NCBI GenBank assembly: GCA_964447205.1
Contig: CAYUSB010000011.1
Location: 17,450-81,449 of the forward strand
DNA: 64,000 bases
From: an uncultured Myxococcaceae bacterium
GTDB lineage: Bacteria > Myxococcota_A > Polyangia > Polyangiales > Ga0077539
Direction of reading: 5' to 3'
Shown here: positions 26,925 to 35,998 of the stretch, in pieces
How the letters are laid out: each line of letters opens with the position of its first letter
Position numbering within the stretch: the stretch's first letter is position 1
Translations under genes and position numbers: made by a program
Notes under the pieces: model-generated
The model's database searches: none
What the model was told of the DNA's origin: nothing
Seen by the model: only the letters and a program-made list of their open reading frames with translations

Positions 26925-27989
26925 ATGAAGTCCTACGAGATTCTGCCGACGGGTTCCATTGCTGGCGGCGCGGGGCCAAGGGCGAGCGCGAAGAGCACGG
27001 GCTGCGGGTGCAGGGGGTCCGGGTGCGGCAGCAAGGGGGGTGGCTGCGGTTCGGCAGTTGGGGGCAACGGCGCGGCCGAGCCGGGGCGGCAGTTTCTTGG
27101 GCGGAAGCTCAAGGAGTGGGAGATTCTGCCTCCATCGCGGGGTAGTCTCGCCGTTCCGAATTTCGAACGCGGCAGTCGGCCGGACTTCTATTCAGATGTG
27201 TCGGACTACCACACGGGATTGAGTACAGCCATTCACTCGCCTTCTAGGGGTGCTCCCAGAATGTTCCCCTTCAAGACTTATCCCGCTCCCTCTCCTCTTC
27301 CGTGGTCGGGTTGGGAGAAGCCCATCTTTCAAAGCGGCAGATGTATTGTGCCGCCGACGGATGATGACATCTACGCACTGTTTCCCGTGATCGGACCTTG
27401 CTCTCAGTTCAACTCAGAGTGCAACAGTCTTGCCGTAAACCTTCGCCATTACAAGCGTGGCCTCAGAAGAGAAGAGGGGAGGGCCGAATATTGGGCACGA
27501 TTGCGTGATGAGTGCATGCGTTTGAACCATCCTTCAAATGTGGTGACCGCATGTTCGGGCCTAGAGCTTGCGGTAGAAAGTCAAGCTATTGAAGCAGGCC
27601 GCCTCAACAGCTTCCTGAGCATCTGTCGACAGGACCCAAGGAACAGTTGCGAGAACATTGCACAAGAACTACTCACCGCCAATGTTCAATGGGCAAAACT
27701 GAACGACATGTTCAGAGAGTGTAGCGAAGCTGCAAGAGATTCACGAACCGCACGCACAACCGACAGATTCTGGCACTGGGAATGTATGCTTCGCGAGGTA
27801 TACGCTGACAATCACTTTCGACTTGCGGCTTTGTTCGGAAGTTGGGTAGACTCATACGAACATGACGTTCAGGAACGTGCCCGTTCCCTTCACAGTCACG
27901 CATGTGGCATCTGCGATCCTGTCGCCCGAGCTGAGATGCGTCAGGGATGCCGGGATAGACTTTCGTACCCACAATACATGGGCCCATGA
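26925..27989 (+). CDS. P3: 354-aa Gly/Cys-rich protein, no signal peptide, unknown family
   Basis: ATG 26925 with GGAG 8 nt upstream (the track start GTG 26919 is less likely). N-terminus MKSYEILPTGS, tract GCGCRGSGCGSKGGGCG, second EWEILPP. 16 Cys. About 50% GC. Confidence 0.7.
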   Translation: MKSYEILPTGSIAGGAGPRASAKSTGCGCRGSGCGSKGGGCGSAVGGNGAAEPGRQFLGRKLKEWEILPPSRGSLAVPNFERGSRPDFYSDVSDYHTGLSTAIHSPSRGAPRMFPFKTYPAPSPLPWSGWEKPIFQSGRCIVPPTDDDIYALFPVIGPCSQFNSECNSLAVNLRHYKRGLRREEGRAEYWARLRDECMRLNHPSNVVTACSGLELAVESQAIEAGRLNSFLSICRQDPRNSCENIAQELLTANVQWAKLNDMFRECSEAARDSRTARTTDRFWHWECMLREVYADNHFRLAALFGSWVDSYEHDVQERARSLHSHACGICDPVARAEMRQGCRDRLSYPQYMGP

Positions 27990-28618
27990 GGACCGGTTTC
28001 TGGCCTCAATCGTCACACGCACTTATGCATTTCGCCGCCTATTCCTCGCTCCCGCGCAAGGCGAGTGCCATTCGTTTTCTGCGTTGTTTCCCTGTCTTTG
28101 CCGTGCTGGGGTTCCCTGTCGGCTGCGCCGAACCCCGCCCACGACCGGCCTCCCACCCAGCGTCACCGGCCTGGCCTGAGCTGCCCGCGCAGTGCCACAA
28201 CCCCGACGACTACGTCCGCTGCGCCCGGATCCGGCGCGATCAGGCCCTCGCGCACTCCGTCCCCCTAGAGACAGCCGCCAGCACGGCGCTGCACGACTGC
28301 TCCATCAGTTGTAGGTACCCCTACGGTCCACCTGCCTTCCCTGACCGCGGGCTGATCACCTGTTGCGACCCAGAGAGCTACACAGCATGCGTACAACGCC
28401 GCCAAGACGAACTCATCGCACAGGGCCTCCTCCCGGCGAGCGCGCGGCGACACGCAGGCTTGTCGTGTCGCTGGGAGGCCAACTGCCGCTCGGCACCACG
28501 AAACCCCGCCGAGCGTGATGCCAGTTGTGCGGATATGACGGAAGACGTACCCATCTACCGACTCTCGCTGCGGCAGTACTACCAGTCGCTCGAACGCGAC
28601 GCTTCCGTCGAGCAGTAG
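27986..28618 (+). CDS. P4: Cys-rich exported (lipobox-like) protein, unknown family
   Basis: ATG 27986 overlaps the P3 stop (ATGA); alternative ATG 28025. Hydrophobic N-terminus ending FPVGC. 10 further Cys. Confidence 0.65.
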   Translation: MRTGFWPQSSHALMHFAAYSSLPRKASAIRFLRCFPVFAVLGFPVGCAEPRPRPASHPASPAWPELPAQCHNPDDYVRCARIRRDQALAHSVPLETAASTALHDCSISCRYPYGPPAFPDRGLITCCDPESYTACVQRRQDELIAQGLLPASARRHAGLSCRWEANCRSAPRNPAERDASCADMTEDVPIYRLSLRQYYQSLERDASVEQ

Positions 28619-28672
28619 CCCCCTGACGAATGTTGACCCACGCGCGGCGCACTGCGCTCAACATCCCGACGA

Positions 28673-28892
28673 GGGACGGGCAGCGAAACCGCCAGGGCGC
28701 AAGGGTCGCAAGGGGCAACGAGGTTTTGTGTGGGCGAGCGCAACGCGCCCCCCCTCGACGCCCCGCGTGCGACCGCGGCCGTCGTCGGCGACCCTCACCC
28801 CAATCGCCCCGACGCTCGCCTGCCCGATGCCCCCCCAAATCCCCTTCTGCCCCTTGCGGCCCTTGCGCCCTTGCGGTTTCGCTGCCCGTCCC
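28673..28892. repeat. imperfect 45-bp inverted repeat with 130-bp spacer
   Basis: 28673-28717 versus the reverse complement of 28848-28892 gives 43/45 matches by my alignment. The arms contain CGCAAGG/CCTTGCG 9-mer reiterations. Confidence 0.75.
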
Positions 28893-29116
28893 CCGTCGCA
28901 CGCGGCTCCGGCCCTGCCCGCATCCCAGGTGGATCCCGCCCACGCCCGCGGGGGAGCGCGTCGAGAACGGAGTGGTCAACCGTACCCACCGCCGGCTTCG
29001 CCTTGCGGTACTGACGGACACGGACACCGACACCTCCCGACCCCCGTGGCCCCGCCCGCGGCACAACCCGCCCCGGCAAAACAATCTCCCCTCCCCCGCC
29101 GCGCGGCCCGTGTGCG

Positions 29117-30541
29117 ATGCTCGCCCCTGTGTCGGGCATCGTAGTCGGACGACGGACAGCACAGATCGCGGCCCTCGACGCGGGCCTCATCATGGGAGCC
29201 CTCGTGCTCTCGCTCCTGGCCGTGCGGTACAGCTCCGACCACCTCGTCGTCGCCGACATCTTCCGCGACTGGGCCGGGGCCACCCTGATCGCCCTCACCG
29301 TACACCTGGGGTCGTTCTATGTGTTCGAGCTTTACAATCTGCGCCTCGACTTCCGCCGCGGGGTCAACCTCCTGCGCTGCGTCGGGGCCGTAGGCACAGC
29401 CTCCCTCCTCGTCGCCGTGTCGAGCTTCGTAGCCCCCCACTGGAGCTTCGGCAGGCTGCTCTTCGCCGTCCACGCGGTGCTCCTGGCCGCCCTCACCGCG
29501 GGCGTTCGGGCCCTGTTCTCTCGGGCCATGCGCAGCGCCGAGCCGCCCGACAAGGCCCTCCTCGTCACCCCGGTGACCGTACCCGAGACCCTCCTCGAAG
29601 AGCTCGCCCGCTCCCCCGACGCCCGCTTCGACCTCGTCGGAACCGTCTCCGTGGGCCGAACCCCCACCACCCTCAGCACCTCCTCCCCCATGCGCTCCAG
29701 CACCCCTCCCCCAGTAGGCAGCGTGGCCGACTGCGCCGGGGTCCTACGGGCCCGCAACCTCCACCACCTCGTGGTCGCGGGCATCGACGCCCTCCTGCCC
29801 GACGACGCCCGCGAACTCCTGCGCCTCAAGGGCGAAGGGGTTCAGGTCCACGACCTCGTCGATGTCTTCCAGACCCTCACGGGCAGGCTCCCCATGGAGA
29901 TCCTGGGGGACAGGTATTTTTTGCGGGTTCCGGCCTTCACGCGGGACACGGCCCCGTGGTTGTCCAACCTCCTGCGAGTCCTCGACCTCCTCGCCGCCGT
30001 CCTGCTCCTGGTGCTCTCCGCCCCCCTGTGGGTCCTGGCCGCCGTGGGCATCAAGCTCACCATGCCCGGCCCGGTTTTCTACCACCAGGAACGGGTCGGC
30101 AAAAACGAGGTCCCCTACACCCTCACCAAGTTTCGTAGCATGGGCACCGACGCCGAACGCGACGGCCCCCAGTGGTCCCAGGGCACGGGCGACCCCCGCG
30201 TGACCCCCTTCGGCCGCTTCCTGCGCCGCTCCCGCATCGACGAGCTCCCCCAGCTCTGGAGCGTCCTGCGGGGCGAGATGAGCCTCGTCGGGCCACGCCC
30301 CGAGCGCCCCGTCTTCGTGGCCGAGCTCAAGCGCACGATCCCCTACTACGGCCTGCGGTTCCAGGTGAAACCCGGGCTCACGGGCTGGGCCCAGGTCAAC
30401 TACCGCTACGGGGCCAGCGTCGACGACACCCGCATCAAGCTGTCGTACGACCTCTATTTCGTGCAAGAACGCAGCGCCGCCCTGTGGACGGTCACCATGC
30501 TCAAGACCATCCAGACCGTACTGTTCAAGCCCGGGTCGTGA
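29117..30541 (+). CDS. exopolysaccharide priming polyprenyl-phosphate sugar phosphotransferase (WbaP/EpsZ-like)
   Basis: N-terminal TM helices. C-terminal bacterial sugar transferase domain: PGPVFYHQERVGKNEVPYTLTKFRSM...DELPQLWSVLRGEMSLVGPRPE. Confidence 0.9.
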   Translation: MLAPVSGIVVGRRTAQIAALDAGLIMGALVLSLLAVRYSSDHLVVADIFRDWAGATLIALTVHLGSFYVFELYNLRLDFRRGVNLLRCVGAVGTASLLVAVSSFVAPHWSFGRLLFAVHAVLLAALTAGVRALFSRAMRSAEPPDKALLVTPVTVPETLLEELARSPDARFDLVGTVSVGRTPTTLSTSSPMRSSTPPPVGSVADCAGVLRARNLHHLVVAGIDALLPDDARELLRLKGEGVQVHDLVDVFQTLTGRLPMEILGDRYFLRVPAFTRDTAPWLSNLLRVLDLLAAVLLLVLSAPLWVLAAVGIKLTMPGPVFYHQERVGKNEVPYTLTKFRSMGTDAERDGPQWSQGTGDPRVTPFGRFLRRSRIDELPQLWSVLRGEMSLVGPRPERPVFVAELKRTIPYYGLRFQVKPGLTGWAQVNYRYGASVDDTRIKLSYDLYFVQERSAALWTVTMLKTIQTVLFKPGS

Positions 30542-30616
30542 TGTCAGGGGGAGGCGCGGGAGACGGGGGAGACGGCCACGCAGGACACGCGGCCTGAGGA
30601 GGGAGACCCTCGCGGG

Positions 30617-31753
30617 TCACTGGGGAGGAGGAGCCCCGCCGCCGCCGGCGCCCTGACGCCGCATCTGCTCCTGCAACTGCCGCAGGAGCTCGGGGGGGAG
30701 CTGCATCCCGCCCGGGGCCCCGCCCGGACCGCCCGGGGGGCCTCCAGGGGCCGCGCCCTGGCCAGGCTCGGGGGTGGGGGGAGGTGCAGCCCCCGCGTCG
30801 CTCACCCCGGCGTCGGCAGGCGACTGGAAGGCCGTGACGGGGGGGTTCATCGCGTCGGCTCCGGCGCGGCTCACCACGAAGGTCACGTCGCTGCCCTCGC
30901 GGCGCAGGTAACGCTCGTTCTCGCCGCGGCTGGCCCCGAGGCGGAGCACGACCGAGCTCTCCCCCGCGTCGGTCTGGGCCCGCAGGGTGACCCGCGGGGC
31001 GTTGTTCTCGATGCCGGCGTTGTCGCCCTCGCCGGCGAAATCCGCGGCCCGCAAGTTGGCCAGGGTGTCGACGAGCGTGCCCACCCGGGCCGGGTCGAGG
31101 CGCTCGACGGTGGTCCCCTCGGCCGCCGTCCAGGCGTCTCCGCTGCGGGTGAAGCGGAACGTCCCATTCGGGTTGACCCACTCCACGCTGCGTACGGTGT
31201 CGCGGGCGAGGCGGGTCACGTCGCGGTCGCGCCAGTCGCGGGCCTCGCGGCGCAGCATGAAGGCAATCGACTGGTCGATCTGGAAGGTCTCGTCGCGGCC
31301 CGTGGCCCGAACGGCCGTGCCCGAGTCGACGGTCTCGCCGACCACGAGCTCGAGGAGGTTGTTCGTGCCCGACTTCAGGGTGACCTTGATCCCGTGGGCG
31401 TCGTCGACCCCGAAGGTGTCGTAGCTGCTGCGGCTGCGGCCCGCGATGCGCACGACACGAGCCGACGAGAGGCGCTCGACGAGCTCCTCGACAGCGCGGG
31501 TCTCAGTCGGCCCGCGGCCCGGACGGACCATCCGCCAGCCTTCGCTGCGCTTCTCAAACTCCAGCTCGCGCTGGCCCTCGGCGGCGGCCGGGCGCTGGAG
31601 GATCACCCGGTCGACCCGGGCGGCCTCGAAGCTCGTCCAGGGGTTGGTGAGGGCGGCCGAGTCGGTCGCAGGCTGCGGGCGGTACACGTACGCCGTGGTG
31701 GCCCCGAGGAGGGCCAGGACGCCGAGCCCGATGGAGATGCCCTTGGAATTCAT
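30617..31753 (-). CDS. DUF4340-like protein (partner of GldG-type ABC systems)
   Basis: N-terminal anchor GISIGLGVLALLGATTAYV. Positioned directly downstream of the GldG-like gene. Gly/Pro-rich tail. Confidence 0.5.
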   Translation of the reverse strand: MNSKGISIGLGVLALLGATTAYVYRPQPATDSAALTNPWTSFEAARVDRVILQRPAAAEGQRELEFEKRSEGWRMVRPGRGPTETRAVEELVERLSSARVVRIAGRSRSSYDTFGVDDAHGIKVTLKSGTNNLLELVVGETVDSGTAVRATGRDETFQIDQSIAFMLRREARDWRDRDVTRLARDTVRSVEWVNPNGTFRFTRSGDAWTAAEGTTVERLDPARVGTLVDTLANLRAADFAGEGDNAGIENNAPRVTLRAQTDAGESSVVLRLGASRGENERYLRREGSDVTFVVSRAGADAMNPPVTAFQSPADAGVSDAGAAPPPTPEPGQGAAPGGPPGGPGGAPGGMQLPPELLRQLQEQMRRQGAGGGGAPPPQ

Positions 31754-31816
31754 GGCTCTCGTTTTGGTCTTCGCGGTGGGTTGAAGGAGGGGGATGAGGG
31801 GAGGAGACCCGGCGGC

Positions 31817-33520
31817 CTACTTGCCGCCCAGGCTCGCGGCGAGGTCGGCCCGACGCTGCGCCCGCAGGCGAGACATCAGCACACCGAGGAGGCCCACCAG
31901 GAGGGGCAGACCGAAGATGCTGCCCCACTGGAAGAGGTTCTTCTTGGTCTCGGAGACCTCGCCCAGGCTGGGCTCGCTCACGTCCTTCGCGCGCACGGCG
32001 AGGAGGTCGGGGTCTTGCGACAGCCAGTCGAAGACGTTGAGGAGCATCTGCACGTTGGTGGGGATCCCCCCCTGGATGGGGGCGATGGTGCGAAGCTGCT
32101 CGATGCCAAACAGCTTGCCCGAGCCCACCACCATGAGCCGGGCCGGGTTGGACGCGCTCGCGTGGGCGGGGGTCTGCACCGGGGCCGCCGTCACGCCCGC
32201 GTCGCCCGTGGCTGCGGGCGCGGCGCCCGCCTCGGCCGCGAAGGCGCTGCGGATCTGCCCCTCCAGGGCCACGGCCACCGTGTGAGGCCCGTTGGCCCGG
32301 GAGAAGACCGAACCCCGACGCTCGATCAGCTCGACGGCGTTGAGCTCGAAATTCTCCCGCTGGGTGACCGACCGTACGGTCGTGCGGCCCACCACGGTGA
32401 GTTGGGTCCCGTGCTCGCGGGCCCGCGACTCGTTGAGGGTGAGCGACGACACGAAGGGCATCACCACCAGGGGGAGGCGAAACACGGAGGGGTGGGCCAC
32501 GTTGATGCCCGGGCCCCCGTCCTCGCGCTGCGCAAGGAGGGCGGGGTAGGCGAACATCGGGATGCGCACCCGGCCCATCTCGATCTCCTGGATGGCGTCC
32601 ATGCCCTGGTAGTCGAGGACCACGTCGCTGTTGAGGGTGACCCCGTACCCTTCGAGGAGGGCGTTGAGGTTGTGCTCGGCCCGGGTGGCGCTCGGGCGGG
32701 TGTCCGAGCCCGTGGTGTTGACCCCCGAGGCGAAGATGGCCACCGAGCCCCCGCGCATCAGGTACCCGTTGATCCGCCGCAGCTCGCGCTCCTCGATCCG
32801 CCGGGTGGGGTTGAGGATGACGAGGCCCTTGATGTCGGCGGGGATGTCGTCGTTGCCGCCGTTGAGGTTGACGGTGGTGGTGGTGTACCCGAGGTGGGCC
32901 TCCTGCAGGATGCGGGAGAGGTACGGCAGGCTCTGCTCGGGCGACGACTCGTCGTGGCCGGTGAGGAAGCCGATGCGCCGCTCGGGGTCGATCATCTTCT
33001 TGATGATCGAGGTGACCTGGTACTCCAGGCCCTCCACGCTCGGCGGCACAAACTCGATGCGCTCGCTGTTGCGGAGGTACTGGAAGGTCATGCAGCGGTA
33101 GACCTCCTGGAAGGTGGCCTGGCGCTCGCGCACGTTGACGGCCTGCAGGGGGCGCTTGGGGCACGAGGCGCTGTCGGCCTGGCGGCGGCGCTCGTCGTTG
33201 TCGGTGCGGACCCAACGCACGACCACCCGGTCGTTGCCGGCGGCCACGTACTCCTGGAGCTGCTCGCGCAGGAGGCGCTCGTCGTCGTTGGCGGGGGCCG
33301 GCTGGTCGGGCGACCAGTACACGGTGATGGTGACCGTGTCGGCGAGGCGCTGGAGGGTGCGGCGGGTGCCCTGGGACAGGGTGTAGAGCTCGCGTTTGGT
33401 GAGGTCGAAGCGGAGGCGCGTCACGACCTTGATGGCAAGGAGGTTGACGAACACCAACGCGGCGGCCACGATGGCGACGAAGGCGCCCGATTGGAAGCGG
33501 GCCTGGGTGCGACGTTCCAT
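31817..33520 (-). CDS. GldG-like ABC-transporter auxiliary protein
   Basis: 567 aa with N- and C-terminal TM anchors. Sequence FDLTKRELYTLSQGT typical of the GldG/ABC_transp_aux family. Confidence 0.7.
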   Translation of the reverse strand: MERRTQARFQSGAFVAIVAAALVFVNLLAIKVVTRLRFDLTKRELYTLSQGTRRTLQRLADTVTITVYWSPDQPAPANDDERLLREQLQEYVAAGNDRVVVRWVRTDNDERRRQADSASCPKRPLQAVNVRERQATFQEVYRCMTFQYLRNSERIEFVPPSVEGLEYQVTSIIKKMIDPERRIGFLTGHDESSPEQSLPYLSRILQEAHLGYTTTTVNLNGGNDDIPADIKGLVILNPTRRIEERELRRINGYLMRGGSVAIFASGVNTTGSDTRPSATRAEHNLNALLEGYGVTLNSDVVLDYQGMDAIQEIEMGRVRIPMFAYPALLAQREDGGPGINVAHPSVFRLPLVVMPFVSSLTLNESRAREHGTQLTVVGRTTVRSVTQRENFELNAVELIERRGSVFSRANGPHTVAVALEGQIRSAFAAEAGAAPAATGDAGVTAAPVQTPAHASASNPARLMVVGSGKLFGIEQLRTIAPIQGGIPTNVQMLLNVFDWLSQDPDLLAVRAKDVSEPSLGEVSETKKNLFQWGSIFGLPLLVGLLGVLMSRLRAQRRADLAASLGGK

Positions 33521-33527
33521 GAGGGGC

Positions 33528-34589
33528 TCAGCTCCAGCGGCGGCTGTCGAGGGAGCGGGCGGTGGCCAGCAGGGACACCGCGATGACGCTCACGAAGTAG
33601 ATGATGTTGCGGGCGTCGATGACCCCGCGGGCGATGCTGTTGAAGTGGTAGTCGGGGCAGAGGTACTCCAGCACCGACGCCGCGCTCCCGAAGAAGATCA
33701 GGGCCTTGTTGAGGAGGAAGAAGACCGCCCCCACGATGAAGGCCACGAAGAAGGCCGTGATCTGGTCCTTGGTGTGGGACGAGACCATCACCCCGAAGGC
33801 CACGTAGCTGGCCCCGCCGAGGAAGAGCCCGAGGTAGCCGCCGACGACGGGGCCCCAGTCGAGCTCGCCCATGCGCGAGATGGCCAACGGGTAGGTGAGG
33901 GTGCACACGATGCAGATGGCCAGGAGCCCGAGGGCCCCGAGGTACTTGCCGATGATCACCTCCCAGTCGCGGACGGGCTGGGTGATGAGCATCTCGAGGG
34001 TGCCCGTGCGGCTCTCCTCGGCGAAGGTGCGCATCGCGATGGCGGGCGAGATCAGCGGCAGGAGCCACGAGATGCTGTTGAACATCGGCTGCAGCGAGGC
34101 CTTCCCGATCACCAGGAAGGCGAAGGGGAAGAACACCAGGAAGCCCACCAGCAGCAGGAACATCCCGATCACGATGTACCCCAGCGGCGAGGCGAAGTAC
34201 GACCCGAACTCCCGCCGGGCGATGGTCATGGTGTTGCTGAGGTAGGAGCCCACCGACCCCTGGGGGATCTTGCCCCCCGAGCGCGGGGCCTCGTCCTCGT
34301 CAACCTTCTTGACTTCGGGCTTCTTGGCCGCGGCGGGCTTGTCCTCGGCCTTCTTGGCCACGGAGGGCTTGTCCTCGGCCTTCTTCGCCGCGGGCTTGTC
34401 CTCGGCCTTGGCGACCTCGGGCTTCATGACCACGGGCTTGTCCTCGGCCGGGGTCGCCACGGCGGGCGTCTCGGCCGCAGGGGCAGGAGTCTCGGCCGCG
34501 GTCGCGGGGGTCTCGGCCGCAGCAGCGGGCTCCTTCGCCTCGGGGGCGGTGGGCTCCGCGGGATCCTTGTTGGTTTCGTTGTCAGACAT
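33528..34589 (-). CDS. ABC-2 type permease (GldF-like) with ~110-aa low-complexity N-terminal extension
   Basis: ATG 34589 (MSDNETNK). Ala/Pro/Lys/Glu repeats (AEDKPxxAKK), then IARREFGSYFASPLGYIVIGMFLLL and 6 TM segments. Confidence 0.75.
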   Translation of the reverse strand: MSDNETNKDPAEPTAPEAKEPAAAAETPATAAETPAPAAETPAVATPAEDKPVVMKPEVAKAEDKPAAKKAEDKPSVAKKAEDKPAAAKKPEVKKVDEDEAPRSGGKIPQGSVGSYLSNTMTIARREFGSYFASPLGYIVIGMFLLLVGFLVFFPFAFLVIGKASLQPMFNSISWLLPLISPAIAMRTFAEESRTGTLEMLITQPVRDWEVIIGKYLGALGLLAICIVCTLTYPLAISRMGELDWGPVVGGYLGLFLGGASYVAFGVMVSSHTKDQITAFFVAFIVGAVFFLLNKALIFFGSAASVLEYLCPDYHFNSIARGVIDARNIIYFVSVIAVSLLATARSLDSRRWS

Positions 34590-34597
34590 GGTCCCCG

Positions 34598-35614
34598 TCA
34601 CTCCTTGCTCGCGGCCTTGGTGCCGTCGGCGTTGCGTCGCGTCGCCTCGCCGCCCACCGTGAGCTCGCGGAAGACCGCCTCGAGCTGCAGGGCGTCGCGC
34701 CGCAGCTCCAGCAAGGTCCACCCCTTCTGCACGGCCATCTTGAAGAACTCCTTGCGGTGGTCGGCGTCGCCCTTGGCGAGGACCTCCACGGTGTGGGCCC
34801 GCTCGTCGCTGGGCAGCTCCTTCACCGTGGCCGAGGACGCCACCCGCTTGATGGCCTCCATCACCTCGCCGACGGCCTTGGGGGCCCCGCTCTCGCGCTC
34901 GTCCACCGACAGGACATACCGAACCCGTCCCGACCGGGCGGCGAGGTCGTCGGGGGCCCCGTCCGCCACGATCTTGCCCTGGTTGACGATGAGCATCCGG
35001 GCGCAGGCCTCCTTCGCCTCGGACAGGTCGTGCGTCGAGAGCATCACCGTGCGGGTCTTGCCGATCTTCTTGATGTACTCGATGACCTCGGCGCTCTCGT
35101 TGGGGTCGAGGTCGGCCGTGGGCTCGTCGAGGATCAGGATGGGCGGGTTGTGAATCAGGGCCTGGGCCAGGCCCACGCGCTGACGGTACCCGTAGGAGAG
35201 CTCGCCGATGAGCTTGGGCAGGGCGTCCTTGAGGCCGCAGATCTCGATGACCTCGCGGATCTTGGCGTGCTGCCTGGCCTTCGGGATGGCCCGCAGGTCG
35301 GCGGCGAACTCCAGGTACTCCACCACCCCCATCTCGGGGTAGAGCGAGGCCCTCTGCGGGAGGTACCCCACCACGGAGCGCACCGCCAGGGGGTCATCGA
35401 AGACGTCGTAGCCCCCCACCCGCGCCACGCCCTCGGTCGGGGCGATGAAGCAGGTCAGGATCTTCATCGTGGTCGATTTGCCCGCCCCGTTGGGGCCCAG
35501 GAAGCCGACCACCTCGCCCCGTCGAATCTCAAAGCTGATCTGATCGATGGCTCGCTGGAGGCCATACATCTTCGTCAGCCCCCGGGTCTCGATCATCACG
35601 TCGTTGCTGGCCAT
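34598..35614 (-). CDS. ABC transporter ATP-binding protein (GldA-like)
   Basis: Walker A GPNGAGKST, signature LSYGYRQR, Walker B ILILDEP. Confidence 0.9.
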   Translation of the reverse strand: MASNDVMIETRGLTKMYGLQRAIDQISFEIRRGEVVGFLGPNGAGKSTTMKILTCFIAPTEGVARVGGYDVFDDPLAVRSVVGYLPQRASLYPEMGVVEYLEFAADLRAIPKARQHAKIREVIEICGLKDALPKLIGELSYGYRQRVGLAQALIHNPPILILDEPTADLDPNESAEVIEYIKKIGKTRTVMLSTHDLSEAKEACARMLIVNQGKIVADGAPDDLAARSGRVRYVLSVDERESGAPKAVGEVMEAIKRVASSATVKELPSDERAHTVEVLAKGDADHRKEFFKMAVQKGWTLLELRRDALQLEAVFRELTVGGEATRRNADGTKAASKE

Positions 35615-35998
35615 TGCCTCGCCCTGTCGGTGGTGTTGTCCATCGCAGCCGCCTGCTTGAAGACCCGAAGACCCAGCCCAGATACTCGCTGGACCGCCGT
35701 CGGGTCGCCGAGGGTTGTCACGGCGTCGCCCCGAGCGTCACCCCCTCACAGTCAGGGGGCGCTCCCTCCGAGCGACTCTTCTCGGGGCGAGGTTTTCTGG
35801 GTGTCTGCGAGGAGCTTTGTAGACTCCCCGCGCGACACGGCCCCGCCGGGCGGCGCGCATCCTAGTCACGGTCGCGGCCAAGTCAACGCTGCGGCATCAT
35901 CATCCGCATCGCCTGTCTCGGGCCGCGCGCGCAAACCCCCCTCCGCCGCGACCCCTTCCCAAGAATCGTCACCGACCGTAGAAAGCGCACCGCCCCGT

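Noticed and set aside
26867-27145. 92-aa ORF overlapping the hairpin and the P3 start
   Set aside because: It overlaps P3 in another frame and lacks an SD. P3 has the better start context and a long coherent product.
28413-29162. ORFs 28413..29162 (-), 28728..29144 (+) and 28730..29014 (+) in the gap before the sugar transferase
   Set aside because: The products are Arg/Pro/Gly-rich, span the inverted repeat, and have no start context. Treated as non-coding.
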